Shown here: positions 31,401 to 42,900 of the stretch, in pieces
How the letters are laid out: each line of letters opens with the position of its first letter
How positions within the stretch are numbered: the stretch's first letter is position 1
Source of the DNA: a virus
DNA length: 64,000 nucleotides
Virus record (IMG/VR): IMGVR_UViG_3300026334_000001
Location: 1-64,000 of that record
Strand: one strand, 5' to 3'
Translations under genes and position numbers: made by a program
The notes under the pieces: model-generated
Told to the model about the DNA's origin: nothing
What the model saw: the letters and a program-made list of their open reading frames with translations, nothing else
Databases searched by the model: none

Positions 31401-34400
31401 TAGCTAATCAAAGAAAGAGTAATCTAGAACAAGAAACTACTAACTACCTCCAGATGTTAGAATCTGGAGATGTAGTTGGAGTAGCGGAAGTAGAAAGTGA
31501 ATTAGCAGAAGTTAATAGTCAAATAGAAGAACTTAATCATCAAATCTCCTTAATGGAGAAGTTAAAGGATGAAGGCAATAAATTCCTTTCTTTCCTAGAA
31601 GATTTATGGAAGAAAGCTTTTCCTAATAAACGTAGACAATTAGAAAAAGGTCGTCAAGAATATACTGATGTTAAAGAAGAGATTCAATTAAGTAAGCAAC
31701 AATTAAAACAACTTGATGAAAACATAGCTAATACATCTACTATTTTAACTCAACTTAATAATAGATCAACTGTTTTACAGAATGAAATAACTCAATATCA
31801 ATTAGCAGCAAGAGCATTCTCTCCTGTAATTAATACTAAAACAGAAGAAGGAGTTCAGAATAAAGCTAATCCAGTAACAGAAGATCAAGAAGGTATTACT
31901 TATAATTCAGCTAGAAATCCTGATGTTAGTGGAGCATTTACTTTTAGAACTACTGGTTTTCATGGTAACGATAAAACAGGTCTTAATCCAAAAGAATCAC
32001 AAAGAAGATGGTTTAAATGGGCAGAAAGAACACCTCTCTCGGAATTAAAGAATCTAAAATTAAGAGTTGTAACTATTAATGATGAAACTTATGGAACAGG
32101 GAAGATTAACGACCTTTTTCGGGACGAACCTATGGAGTACAAGACAGAACACGATCTTAAAGTTGTGGTTGTTGACTCAAGGGGAAATGCGATTGACTAT
32201 ATGGGAGGACCAGTTCATACGAATCTCTTATTGCCAAAGGATAATGTAAGTGATTATAAATATGGAGATGGTTCATCTATGTTTATTAATAAGACTGGTA
32301 TGAGTGATGCTGCTATTAAAGAGAAGAATGATACATATAAGAAATTCACTCAATCTTTAAAAGATGCCAAAGAACCAGTATATCTAGAGATTACAGGAAA
32401 ATCTAATGGAGTTAAAGCTAGAGGAGAAAGAACTTCTATTAGAGAAGTTTTTGGAACTGAAGATATTAATCTTCAAGTTGTAACTAGTGAAACTATTACA
32501 ACTGCTGATGGTACTTCAATAAGTGCAAGACCTGGAACTGTTATTACTATAGTTGATGGAAGAGTTACACCATTATTGACTAGAAAATTAAGTTCAGAAG
32601 AGGGCAGTAAAGTATTAGATTTACTTAAAGATTATTCTAAATTAAGAGAGAATAAAAAAGCTAATGCTAAAGAACTTAAAGATGGATTGAGTCAGTTAAA
32701 ATCAATTGTCTTCATGGGAGATACAGCAGATCCAGCTACTTCTATGGGATTTGTGACAGGAGAGAATAATTTTAAGTTTGGAAACGCTCTTATTAGTATT
32801 AAGGAATTACAGTCAGGAGAATTCGATCCACAAATTAGAGCTTTCTTAGAAAATAAATACCATCAAGTTAGTAATGATTGGTTGAAATCAAAAGCATCAT
32901 ATGAAGATGTATTTGGTAAAAAATGGAATTCTTACAAAGATTATTTAATTGGAGAAAGAGATAATCCATTAGATGCTCCACTTACTAGTGATTTAGTTCC
33001 TGTTACTGATGATATTAATAAACCATCATTCTATAGTACATATGTAACTTTTGGTACAGATATTAAAAATTCACCTAAAGCTGAAACTAAATCAACTAAA
33101 ACTAACGTATCTATTCCTGTATCAACTGTTAATGAAGAAATTCAAAATAGAGATGAACAAGTAGTTCCAGTTAAGAAAAGTATCTTTAAAAAGAAACAAG
33201 CCTCTCCTGTAGTTGAAACTAAATCAACTAATCAAGTAACTGTTATAACTGAAGATACTTTATTAGAAGAACCATCTTATGAACCAACATTTGAACCTCC
33301 TACTGGAACAGTTCAAAAGTTTGCAGATGTTATTAAAGGAAAACCTGTAACTGAAGTAAAAGCTCCAGAAGCAGAATTAACTGATGATGATATTGAAGCT
33401 ATGATTGAAGCTTCATTTACTCCTAAGAAGAAAGAAGAAGTTGTAATGGGAGTTGTTCCTGTAGATCCATCTGATTTATTTTTAGATGCTACAAGAATAT
33501 CAGAAAATTATGTTAAAGAAGATACAGGTAAAGCACAAGCATGGTTTAAACAAAATATAGGTGAAAATGTACCATTCCATTTAGTTAATGGTCTAGTTAA
33601 TCAAAGAGCTTTCGGAATGTTTAGTAAACATGGAGAAGTTCTTATATCTGATTTAGCAGTTGAAGGTACAGTATATCATGAATCATTCCATGCAGTTACT
33701 CAATTAGCTTTAGGTAAAGATGAACGTAAAGCTTTATATGATAATTATAGAAAAACTAGAAATGTAGATCTTTCAGATAGAGATGTAGAAGAAGAACTTG
33801 CAGAAGAGTTTAGAACTTACATGCTATCTCAAGGAGAATATAAAATACCAGAGGCTAATTTCTTTAAGAGATTATGGAATGCTATTAAGAAAGTAATTGG
33901 TATTCCACAAGATAAAATTGAAGAGCTATATAAAAATATATCTACTGGAAAGTTTAAAGGTTTAACAGCTAAAGAACTTGATGGTGGTAATATATATTCA
34001 TCAATATTATCAGATTATTCAGTTTCATTTGCTAAAGAACTGATGGAAGGAATGACGACATACTTTATGAGGAATCTATTTAAAAATGGATTCTCTGTAA
34101 AGGATATAGTAAAATTTCAAGAAGATACTTTAAGTAAAGATAGTGCAGATAGAATAGCAGGTACATATAATAATATTCTATCAAATATTGCTTTCATGTG
34201 GTCAGATGAAAAACTGGCTGGAATGGATAAAGATACTGCACAAGAGTTTAAAGATTCAAGAAACTTTGTAACAGCTAACTGGAAAGGTATTGTTCAAGAA
34301 CATAATACCTATATGCAGAGATTTGGTATCAATATGAGTTTTGAAGATACTATTTATAGTTCTGTTACTGAAGAAGATAGAAATAAAGATACATTAGGTA

Positions 34401-37400
34401 TCATTAATAACTTTGAATTCTCTACTAGAGATGGAATGCCTAATTCAGTTAAATTATTATTTGCTGCATTACCTTCATTAGATAAAGATGGTAAAGTGGC
34501 AACTAATGCAATTGGATTACATGGTATATCAGATTATACAGCTAATCAAAGATTACTACAAAATAAGTTATCTAATGTAAGTGACTTTAAAGAACAAGTT
34601 TCTATTATTAAAGATCTAATGAAAGTTAGACCTGAATTCAAGTATTTATTACAATATCTTGGAGTACAAGATGATAATGAAACACCATCAACAGCGGGAT
34701 CAGATATATTTGATCTTCAAATGGCATTTAGACAGCAGTTTGATAAAGCTAAATACAGTCCACAAATTATCATTTATGATGAAGGAACTATTAAAACTGT
34801 AGATGCTGATGATGATCGTATTGTAAATGCTATATCTACTGAATGGCAGAATAATTTGAAAGCTAAATTATCTACTGCTAATATACCATCAATTCAAACT
34901 AATGATTTAGGACAATTGGTATATAATGCAGATTATCTAGTTAATAAGTATTTCAAACCGTCTACAGTTAAAAAAGGGAGATTAGTACTTAAAGATGCTG
35001 GAAAAGAATCCCTCCTTTCTTTCTATAAGGATTTAGGTATTGAATTTTCAGATAAAGATAATATTGATTATGGTAAGTTAGCAGATAAATCTTACTTCAT
35101 AATGAATTCAATTCAATCGCATCCAGAAGAATTGAATTTATTTGCTAAACCACATAACTTAAGAGGTGACTTGGCATCACTTCTAGAAGAAGAGGTGAAG
35201 TCTAGAGATGATCTTTCTGACAATCAACATATTAATCCTGAAGGAAAGACAGTTTATAGTATTAGTTTAAATAACTATCTTTCACAAACAGTAAATGTAT
35301 TAAATAGAGTTATTCCAGATCATCTTAAATGGAATGAGAAAGATAGAATTGGTAATCCATTTGTAAGGAATTCTCAATGGGGAAAGAAATTTGCAGCTGG
35401 AAATAAGATGAAATTAGTAATGTTAGAAGGTGCTGGTATTGCTGAGGCTGGAACAGATGCTAAAATGGCTGATGATCTTACTAGAGGTGATACTGGATCA
35501 GTACAGTTTCAGAAAGTGTTAGATGGAGTTTATCCCCTTCTACAACCAGGAGATAAGAAACTTGCATATGGATTTAGCTTTGGAGAAGAGATATCTCCTA
35601 AAATGAAGTATGAAGAAATGGTATCTCAATTAAAAGGGTATCTATCTGATGAGTTATTATCATCATGGATGTTGAATGTAGAAGGTATTGGAGCTGATGT
35701 TAAGAACTATAAATCATTAGGAAAAGATCTTCGTTCATTTAAAGGAGCTATTACTGGTTATGAACAATTAATTAAAAAGAAAGTATCTAGACAAACTATA
35801 CTTAATCATATTGAGAATTTTGTAAATAGTGATGAAGTTACTAAACAAGTAGAAAAATGGTTTGATAATAAAGTTGATAAAAATATAGAAGAACTAAAAA
35901 ATTATCAAACTATTAAAGAATCTAAATTAGGGGTATTTACATTATTAGGTATTAGTGAAGAAACTGCTGAAAAATATGCAGGTAAGAAAAACAATCTTTC
36001 TACACAAGAGATGAAAGATTTAGTTAAGTTTTTTACTTATGGTTCATTGCATGGTAATATAGAACAAACTAAATTATTTACAGGAGATACAGCATTCTAT
36101 GAATTTACATCTAAGAAAGTTGACTTCTTTAAACGTGTATCTGGTTTAATTGGTACTGGTAAAACAGCAGCTATAGGAGAACAAATTAATAATTGGTTTA
36201 ATACTAATTTTAAACAACAATATATAGATAGAGATGGTAAAATAGTTGATGGTAAAGTTAGTGATGGTAAGATTAATACTGTAGTTTTTAATGATGTTAA
36301 AATAGCAGCAGAAAACTATAATGGTTTATTATCTACTATGGATTCATTAGGATATGATAAAGAATATTCTAGAGGATTAATGAAAGCTTATTCTGAATCA
36401 GCTGATGAAGCAGATGCTCAAGGTTATATTACAATGCCAGAATATAGAGAATTCCTTAAAAGAACTGGAGATTGGAAAGATAGTCATGAAGTTGCTTATC
36501 AAAAAATGTTGAAAGGAGATAGATTAACTAAAGAAGATATATATAGATTCCCACCATTAAAGCCACAGTATTTTGGTAATCAACAATATGGAGAATTATA
36601 TGTACCTACATTCTATAAATTTTCAGTAATGCCATTAATACCTCAAGTTATTAGTGATATTAAAGCTAATGGATTGAAAGATCTAATGGATCAAATGCAT
36701 GAACAACAAATAGGTATTGCTACATTTACTTCTGGTAATAAAGTAGGAGTTGTAAATACACATGACTTCTATGATGAAAATGGAAACGTTAAACAACAAA
36801 CTTATACTCCTCAAGTTGTAGGATATGAAGGAATGAAAATTCAGTTAGATATTTCTCCAGAAGTTAAAGATAAAGTTACATTTGGTACTCAATTCCGTAA
36901 GTTGGTATTAATGAATCTAAAAGGAAATTCATTAACAATTGATGGAAAGAAAGTAGATGGTAATGAGCTAATCAAAAAATATAGCGGTCTTATTGATAAG
37001 TTAATACAGATTGATACTGAAAATTTAACTAAGAAATTAGGTATTGAGAAAAAAGGAGATAAATATAAGATCAATAATGTTAAGTATCTTAAAGAAACTC
37101 TTGTAGAAGAATCGGTAAGAAGGGGAGTTGCTTCTAATCTAATTGAAGGAATTGAACAAGTATTTGATGCTGATAAACCATACATGGACTTATTAGTAAC
37201 CAGAAACAAAATGGAGAATATCTTAATGTCAATGGTCAATAATAACTTGATCAAACAGAAGATGTTCGGGGATATGAAAGTTCAAGGAGCTTCAACAGGA
37301 TTTGAGCAAACAGCAAGAAAGCAAAGTTCTGTTAATGATCAAGCATGGGCATCTAATTTAGAAGCTCTTAAGTTTTATGATTTTAAAGATGGTAAAACAC

Positions 37401-39964
37401 AAGCAATGGAAGTATATTTACCTCATTACTTTAAGGAGTATTTTGATAAGAATATAGATATTAATGATTTACCAGAAGAGTTAAAGAACTTTGTAGGTTT
37501 TAGGATTCCAACACAAGGGTTGAATTCAATTGAAGTAATCAAGATCAAAGGATTTCTTCCACAAGAAGCTGGTAATATCATCATTACTCCATCAGAGATT
37601 GTTACAAAAGCAGGTTCCGATTATGATATTGATAAATTGACAGTATTCTTCCCTAACTATAAAGTAAACTATGATATGAAGCAAATGAGAAATGATTTTG
37701 CTAGATATGTAGTAGGTACTGGAGGAGAAGTTAGTGGAGAAGAATTAACTAATTTAAAATCAATTATTGATAAAGGTAAAGAAGAAGATTCTGATGACAT
37801 ACTTTTAGGAACTCTTCTAGGAGAAAAGGATAGGAATGTATATCAACAGTTTAAGGAGTTCCAGAAAGAGATGAAACAAGATTATGTTTCTGGAGTTGAT
37901 TATATTAAATATGAAGAAGGAACTAACGATAAGAAAGCTATTCAGAATGAGATTATCAAAATGGCTTCTGACATGGTATCTGCTCCAGAAAACTTTGCTG
38001 GTTTGATGACTCCCAATTCTACAGATATTATTAAAGGTGCTGCTAATGAAGTAAGAAAATTAAAAGGATTAGATCAGAAAGAAGCTGCTACAATTGATAA
38101 TTTAACTGACTGGTCTTATAACTTAGATGTTAGAAGTAAATACCTATTAGGTAAAGCTGGTATTGGTCATACTGCATTACAAAACGTACATCATGTTCTT
38201 AGTCAAATTGCAGATCTTACAGTTAGCAATCCTGATGTTAAAATTGAATTAGATCATAATCTTAAAGATGGTAAGATATTTTTAGGAGGTATTTATGATG
38301 CTAATAATAAAACTGATAGTAAATCATATAAGACAATTCTAGATGTAATATCTGAATTTGCCAATGGTTTCTTAGACGTAGCAAAAGATCCTTTCTTAAA
38401 GGATATTAATGCAAACGTAGAAACAATTAATACTTATATGTATTTAATCAGAGCTGGAGTACCTGTTAGACAATCAGTTCTTTTCATGACACAACCAATT
38501 ATTACAGATTACTTAGAAGCATTAGAGAAAAATGATTCATTATTCTTGAAGAATGTAGAACAACAGAAATCTAAAAAACAGTTAAGAACTGAAGTTGAAG
38601 CTAAATATAAATCTACTGCTAAGATTGGAGATTATAAAGCTGCTATCAGTGAAGCTAACTTAGCTAAGTATCTTAAAGGAGATGTAGATAATGCAGTTCA
38701 ATTAAGAATACTTTCTGATTATTTTGCTTATAAAGAACAATCAGATAAATTAGGAGATCTAGTAAATGCTACATCTCAAGATACCAGAGGTACAGGTGCT
38801 TCAATGACAGAGGCTCAATTAGTTCAGAATAAATATAATGAAGTTGTTAAAGAAAAATACTTTGATAATATTCAAGAATTTATGAACCAGACCTTTCTAG
38901 GATCGTTTAAAAAATCTGTGGATTTATCTTTGTCTTTATATCAAGATTTATTCATCACCGAGCGACCAGAAGTTAAGTCATTTTTCAATCAATTAACTAT
39001 GCAGTTACCAAAAGTGATGAAACAAGATACAAGGGTGAAATTATTGAATATGATGAAGAATGATTTTATTCAATACATATTCCAAAACTCTGCATCTAGT
39101 TATAAAGATCAAAAAGGTAAGACAGTTGAAGGAGGTAAATTAGGTTATAGAACAAGAGAGTTTTTTGCTGGAACAGATTCAATTCCTTATAAAGTTGCAG
39201 AGATTAAGAGAGATAAAACTAATCCTCTTCATGATAATCTTCTTATTAATGAGTTGTATGTAATTACTGGTAATAGTAAAGAATCTACAAATGTAACTAC
39301 TGAAGGAACTAATAACTTAAAATTATTTAATAAAAGAATGCCTGTTGATGATAGTAATAGACTAACAGAAGCATGGAAGGAAATATTTGATACAGATAAA
39401 ACTTTTGGTGATACTTTATTAAAATTTAGTATATTGCAGTCTGGATTAAATAGTAGTCCAATTAGTTTCATGAACTTTGCTCCTAATGATGAATATATTA
39501 GAGTTGCAAAACAAGTGATGGAAGCTTGGTCAGATTCTCCTATGACAGCAGATTTTCTGGAGATGTACTATCAAAACAATTACAAAAGTAATGATTTAGT
39601 TCCTAATGTAAAAAGAGTGGAGGTTAGAAATGGTATTGCTAAAATTAGTGATATAAGATATACTAATTCTCCTTACATTAAAACTTGGATTAAAACTACT
39701 GCTAACAAAGGATTCTTTAGATTATTGAAGAACACTAATACACAAGTAGATAATAATACAATCTTTGAAGAAATAGATAAGAGAGGAAATGGATATCAAT
39801 TCAAAGAATTTACTACTGGAATTGGAACAATGTTAGTAGATAATAAAGCAGGTTATAATCCTAGAGTTCAAGAAAAGACTAAAGACGATTATAAAGTTAG
39901 TTATACACCTCCATTTGACACTAAAGATGTTCCTTTGGAAGAAGTAAATAAATGTGGAATATGA
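28415..39964 (+). CDS. Giant virion RNA polymerase polyprotein (hydrophobic N-terminus, coiled coil, zincin, two-barrel RNAP)
   Basis: GFRIPTQG and GSDYDIDKL (DxDxD at 37619-37633), DEADAQGY and GTQFRK motifs; HESFH zincin motif near 33677. Confidence 0.9.
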   Translation: MSKKRSLPQAPIDYTNPSDEDIARGLKQYGVSPYLTPARPESAIEYGTDVSQYGTGLIGEKGGEGFITAPEEQFQDIAAQNQGAGSMLLRGTGRLLGGAAMKTLEGFSLLGSGVLGGIYDATGLDQAIGGKEMTWDDYVDNPVNNTLFKAEDWMKSKMQIYKPSDWNSKSFLEQVSSGAWWADEGSDAAAFALSTLLPAGLLGDAGIGAKMMGTVGEGAGMIDEAGQVLNSGTKVAKALNGGAKALNKVSQALNFGEVGMLNLPKTAGTIDNLVTNALMTTSEALFEARDTGQQMKQEVVKKWNETYPNQKVSDFEELPDQVKQTEKEKMSGNQRDTFLANLAALSFTNKFETALLNKFGSQTAKAGLKALEVSDELLTPAARLTKKGISGFFENTGLKSALKEAATGAFMEGILEENIQSAIQNVSQHYSGNGKDNWFLDALDYTGDVVKGSFDNLSDQEAWKSIGSGMVIGALSGVIGGFKEHRQEVKDANHVAGRLNEATNNFLNVGNALYERIPVIDEQGNPTGATKIKLDQEGNPLYNNEALNRFMANQAMVSSLESIADLYQSTGNEEIASYVKNEAFSKWAQAHLESGLGEEMYAKLKKLGTMKDTDLLQSNIPITTVQGEKVSSQAIANQYIAKAKELEADYRQISKTIPAEQSGRIDNAYQTKSRLRELGKLKDALNLKLGDYQNKIRSGNDTVDLINRKVTQLEASKAQSEFFVNASGENAQAYLSSLDRLEKEITQLKADNKDMLQDQGHDVTPGIEPIPYQTAGMFKSDFQDYTKTNDKLAAIEGGSAELMDHYNGVIDYKNGEEFYNNYLNQGVAGHNLKSELEKAVTEQQAVVDRQEEDQWREFQDNLKQGDFLETPTEQGYVAKDADGNLTFNNRIITPAVLRALQPTKVSEADVALRKQEALDNTRRNQMQARVTGNLQDISVLNDAIRRGEDGLLNNQIELEKLINKSNGKANSTQNQIAKQIEAVKGTIDEIQSGLDVANQRKSNLEQETTNYLQMLESGDVVGVAEVESELAEVNSQIEELNHQISLMEKLKDEGNKFLSFLEDLWKKAFPNKRRQLEKGRQEYTDVKEEIQLSKQQLKQLDENIANTSTILTQLNNRSTVLQNEITQYQLAARAFSPVINTKTEEGVQNKANPVTEDQEGITYNSARNPDVSGAFTFRTTGFHGNDKTGLNPKESQRRWFKWAERTPLSELKNLKLRVVTINDETYGTGKINDLFRDEPMEYKTEHDLKVVVVDSRGNAIDYMGGPVHTNLLLPKDNVSDYKYGDGSSMFINKTGMSDAAIKEKNDTYKKFTQSLKDAKEPVYLEITGKSNGVKARGERTSIREVFGTEDINLQVVTSETITTADGTSISARPGTVITIVDGRVTPLLTRKLSSEEGSKVLDLLKDYSKLRENKKANAKELKDGLSQLKSIVFMGDTADPATSMGFVTGENNFKFGNALISIKELQSGEFDPQIRAFLENKYHQVSNDWLKSKASYEDVFGKKWNSYKDYLIGERDNPLDAPLTSDLVPVTDDINKPSFYSTYVTFGTDIKNSPKAETKSTKTNVSIPVSTVNEEIQNRDEQVVPVKKSIFKKKQASPVVETKSTNQVTVITEDTLLEEPSYEPTFEPPTGTVQKFADVIKGKPVTEVKAPEAELTDDDIEAMIEASFTPKKKEEVVMGVVPVDPSDLFLDATRISENYVKEDTGKAQAWFKQNIGENVPFHLVNGLVNQRAFGMFSKHGEVLISDLAVEGTVYHESFHAVTQLALGKDERKALYDNYRKTRNVDLSDRDVEEELAEEFRTYMLSQGEYKIPEANFFKRLWNAIKKVIGIPQDKIEELYKNISTGKFKGLTAKELDGGNIYSSILSDYSVSFAKELMEGMTTYFMRNLFKNGFSVKDIVKFQEDTLSKDSADRIAGTYNNILSNIAFMWSDEKLAGMDKDTAQEFKDSRNFVTANWKGIVQEHNTYMQRFGINMSFEDTIYSSVTEEDRNKDTLGIINNFEFSTRDGMPNSVKLLFAALPSLDKDGKVATNAIGLHGISDYTANQRLLQNKLSNVSDFKEQVSIIKDLMKVRPEFKYLLQYLGVQDDNETPSTAGSDIFDLQMAFRQQFDKAKYSPQIIIYDEGTIKTVDADDDRIVNAISTEWQNNLKAKLSTANIPSIQTNDLGQLVYNADYLVNKYFKPSTVKKGRLVLKDAGKESLLSFYKDLGIEFSDKDNIDYGKLADKSYFIMNSIQSHPEELNLFAKPHNLRGDLASLLEEEVKSRDDLSDNQHINPEGKTVYSISLNNYLSQTVNVLNRVIPDHLKWNEKDRIGNPFVRNSQWGKKFAAGNKMKLVMLEGAGIAEAGTDAKMADDLTRGDTGSVQFQKVLDGVYPLLQPGDKKLAYGFSFGEEISPKMKYEEMVSQLKGYLSDELLSSWMLNVEGIGADVKNYKSLGKDLRSFKGAITGYEQLIKKKVSRQTILNHIENFVNSDEVTKQVEKWFDNKVDKNIEELKNYQTIKESKLGVFTLLGISEETAEKYAGKKNNLSTQEMKDLVKFFTYGSLHGNIEQTKLFTGDTAFYEFTSKKVDFFKRVSGLIGTGKTAAIGEQINNWFNTNFKQQYIDRDGKIVDGKVSDGKINTVVFNDVKIAAENYNGLLSTMDSLGYDKEYSRGLMKAYSESADEADAQGYITMPEYREFLKRTGDWKDSHEVAYQKMLKGDRLTKEDIYRFPPLKPQYFGNQQYGELYVPTFYKFSVMPLIPQVISDIKANGLKDLMDQMHEQQIGIATFTSGNKVGVVNTHDFYDENGNVKQQTYTPQVVGYEGMKIQLDISPEVKDKVTFGTQFRKLVLMNLKGNSLTIDGKKVDGNELIKKYSGLIDKLIQIDTENLTKKLGIEKKGDKYKINNVKYLKETLVEESVRRGVASNLIEGIEQVFDADKPYMDLLVTRNKMENILMSMVNNNLIKQKMFGDMKVQGASTGFEQTARKQSSVNDQAWASNLEALKFYDFKDGKTQAMEVYLPHYFKEYFDKNIDINDLPEELKNFVGFRIPTQGLNSIEVIKIKGFLPQEAGNIIITPSEIVTKAGSDYDIDKLTVFFPNYKVNYDMKQMRNDFARYVVGTGGEVSGEELTNLKSIIDKGKEEDSDDILLGTLLGEKDRNVYQQFKEFQKEMKQDYVSGVDYIKYEEGTNDKKAIQNEIIKMASDMVSAPENFAGLMTPNSTDIIKGAANEVRKLKGLDQKEAATIDNLTDWSYNLDVRSKYLLGKAGIGHTALQNVHHVLSQIADLTVSNPDVKIELDHNLKDGKIFLGGIYDANNKTDSKSYKTILDVISEFANGFLDVAKDPFLKDINANVETINTYMYLIRAGVPVRQSVLFMTQPIITDYLEALEKNDSLFLKNVEQQKSKKQLRTEVEAKYKSTAKIGDYKAAISEANLAKYLKGDVDNAVQLRILSDYFAYKEQSDKLGDLVNATSQDTRGTGASMTEAQLVQNKYNEVVKEKYFDNIQEFMNQTFLGSFKKSVDLSLSLYQDLFITERPEVKSFFNQLTMQLPKVMKQDTRVKLLNMMKNDFIQYIFQNSASSYKDQKGKTVEGGKLGYRTREFFAGTDSIPYKVAEIKRDKTNPLHDNLLINELYVITGNSKESTNVTTEGTNNLKLFNKRMPVDDSNRLTEAWKEIFDTDKTFGDTLLKFSILQSGLNSSPISFMNFAPNDEYIRVAKQVMEAWSDSPMTADFLEMYYQNNYKSNDLVPNVKRVEVRNGIAKISDIRYTNSPYIKTWIKTTANKGFFRLLKNTNTQVDNNTIFEEIDKRGNGYQFKEFTTGIGTMLVDNKAGYNPRVQEKTKDDYKVSYTPPFDTKDVPLEEVNKCGI

Positions 39965-42900
39965 ATTGTATCTTAACAGCACATCCAACTTATAAAGCAC
40001 TTGTAGAAGCTGGTTATAGTAAAGATCTAATTAATAGGGCTTGGTATCTAATAAATACCAAGTCTTTTAATGATTGGTATGGTGAAGGTAATAAACATCA
40101 AGATGATAATAGTCCAATCATTACAAAAGATCTTAAAGTAATAAATGAAACTGGTCAAGCAGTTTCTCTTGATGATATAGTTGGTTATGGTTTTGTAACT
40201 GATGTAAAAGATATCAAACAAAAGTTGAAATATCCTAATTCTCCTTTTAGATCAGATGAAAGAGAGAAGTATCGTTTATTTAAACAAGAAGATTATAAAC
40301 AAGCACTAGCTGTTGCTGCTAAGATTAATACAACTTGGGATAATGTAAAAGCTAATGTAGAAAGAGCTGTTGGAGAAAAAGGAGATCAGAGAAACTATTT
40401 TAGAGTTGTTCTATATGATAACTTTAATAAAGATGAAGCTTTTCAACAACGAGAAGATGTAAAAGAAGTTACTAAACAATGGGATAAACAACTTGATGAT
40501 AAGATGAAATCTTATCTTAATAAGTTGGGAATTTCCTATGAAGGAGTAAAAGCTATTTATGATAAGGCAACTGGAGAAGAAATTCCTGCTATTGCTGTAG
40601 CTGATATGGTTAATAAAGTAGTTAAAGTAGTTGAAGGAAAAGCTGGTATAGATACATTACCAGAAGAAACTGCTCACTTCTTTGTGAAGATGATTGAAGG
40701 ATCTCCTCTTTATAATTCAATGTACAATGAGATTACGAATTTTGATGTATATAAAGAAGTTGTTAATGATTACTCTGAATTATATAAAGGTAATGATAAG
40801 CAACTTAGAGAAGAAGCAATTGGAAAGATGATATCTCAACAAATTGTAAATCAATTTGAAGATGCTAAAAAAGATAGAGCTGATAGATGGTGGAATAGAG
40901 TTTGGAAGCTTATAAAAGAAAAAGTTTTAGGTATAGATTCTAAACAACTACAAGATGATATTACTAATCTTGCTCCATTTAGTGATGCAGCTAAACAAAT
41001 ACTTGAAGAACAAAAAGTAGATAGAAGAGAAACCAATCCTTCTTTCCTAGAAGAAAAAAGTGAGCAGGAATATTATCAGTTAGATAAGCAAGATAAAATA
41101 GTAAAAGCTATTACTGATACTCAAATTGCATTAGATAGTTCTACTGATAAATATTTCTATATGGAAAATGGAAATAGAGTTGAAGTTAGTAAACGTGTTT
41201 CAGATAGAGTAAAAGAAGCTAATATTAAAAGAGGTTTTGGTAAATTTAGTGAGGCACAAAAAGAGAAATTTACAAAGTATGCTATAGCTGGAACAAGAGG
41301 ACATGCAGATTTAGCTAATATAATTGATAGAATAACAGCTGAAAAAAATGGGCAACTTATACCATCTAAAACAAATTTATCTGGAGAAAATGTATATAAT
41401 ATTCTAGAAAATTGGATGAAAGATTTTATATCTAAATTTCCAGCAGGTACTAAATTTCTTTCAGAACAATCAATTCTAGATAAAGCTGCTAGTGAAGCAG
41501 GTACAATGGATTTACTAGCTATTAGTCCTGAAGGAGTTGTAGATATCTATGATTTTAAGTTTATTAACTTTGAGAATAAAACAGAGATTCCTTGGAATAA
41601 AGAGGAAGATTATAATATTCAATTAGGAAGATATAAACAAATTCTTAAAGAAAGATATGGAGTTAAAGAGTTTGGTAAATTAAGAATCTTACCAGTTGCA
41701 GCTACATATTCAGAACAACATGTTCTTAAATCTATAGAAGTTAATAAACAGATTGTTCCATTAGAAGGAAAGAAAGCTTATCTTAATCCATTACCTATGT
41801 TTGATGAAATGACAGGTAATGAAGATAAAGATAGATTACTTCAAGTGGCTCTTAAAGATAGAGAAAGATTGTTAGGAATGCATCCAAAAACAGCAGAAGA
41901 AACAGAGTATAAACAAGATAAGCTAAAGAGAATTAATAAAGCTATTAAGGAAATACAATTAACAGGCAATATAAAAGAATTTATTAATAATGCTCTATAT
42001 ACTCTTAATAAAGTAAGAGATACAGGATTTGAGAAATTAGATGGTAAACAATTTCATGCTTTTCAAGATGAATTAACTTTTTATTCTAATTACTTAATAG
42101 ATAGTATTGGAGATGAAATGGATAAATTAGATAAAGATACTAAAGATGCAATTTCAAAAGTAGTATCTAATTCTCAGTTAATGTTAAAACATGCTACTAA
42201 AGAAGTATCTAATAGATTAAAAGGTTATTTTGGAGATGATATAGAAACTCCTCAAAAAGAATCGGGTCTTTGGACTAGAATGTTTAGAACTTTGAGTCAG
42301 CAAAACCATCCTAAAATAGCAGCATTCTATAAATTGGTTCAAAAATCAATAGAAAAAACAAGAAAAGCTCATGATGAATTAAATGATAATATAAGAAAAA
42401 CTGTAGATGCATTAAAAGAATTCCAAAAAGGAAAAGGAATAACTGGAACAGATGTTTTTAATTATATGCTCACTAAAAATAATAAAGGTGGGTGGGATAT
42501 GATCTCTAAATTTAATCCTGAATCATATAAAACACTTAATTCTTATAGAGAAAAAGGAGGTGAAGATGCTCTAAGTTGGATAAAGAAAAATATGACTTTT
42601 AATCAAACTGCATATAATGAAACTCTTAATGAAAAAAAGAGAATCTGGAAAGATATGTATAAGTTTGATGATGATGCTGTAGGTAAATTTAATGAAAGAG
42701 TTAAACAATTTGAAAATAAATATGGTAATAATGATAAAGGTTTAATCAATAATAAAGATAATAAATTTCTATCTTTTAAAGATGATCATTTATCAAAAGA
42801 GTATAAGAATATATATGCTACAGGAAATGAAGCATTAAAGAATTTCTATGAATTATTTCATAAAACTTCATCAGATTTTCAAGATTATACAGGATTGACA

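Noticed and set aside
1859-41036. Short antisense or alternate-frame ORFs inside large + strand genes (e.g. 1859-2044, 3308-3532, 26744-27190, 36889-37254)
   Set aside because: Shadow ORFs fully overlapping well-supported genes, with no motifs.
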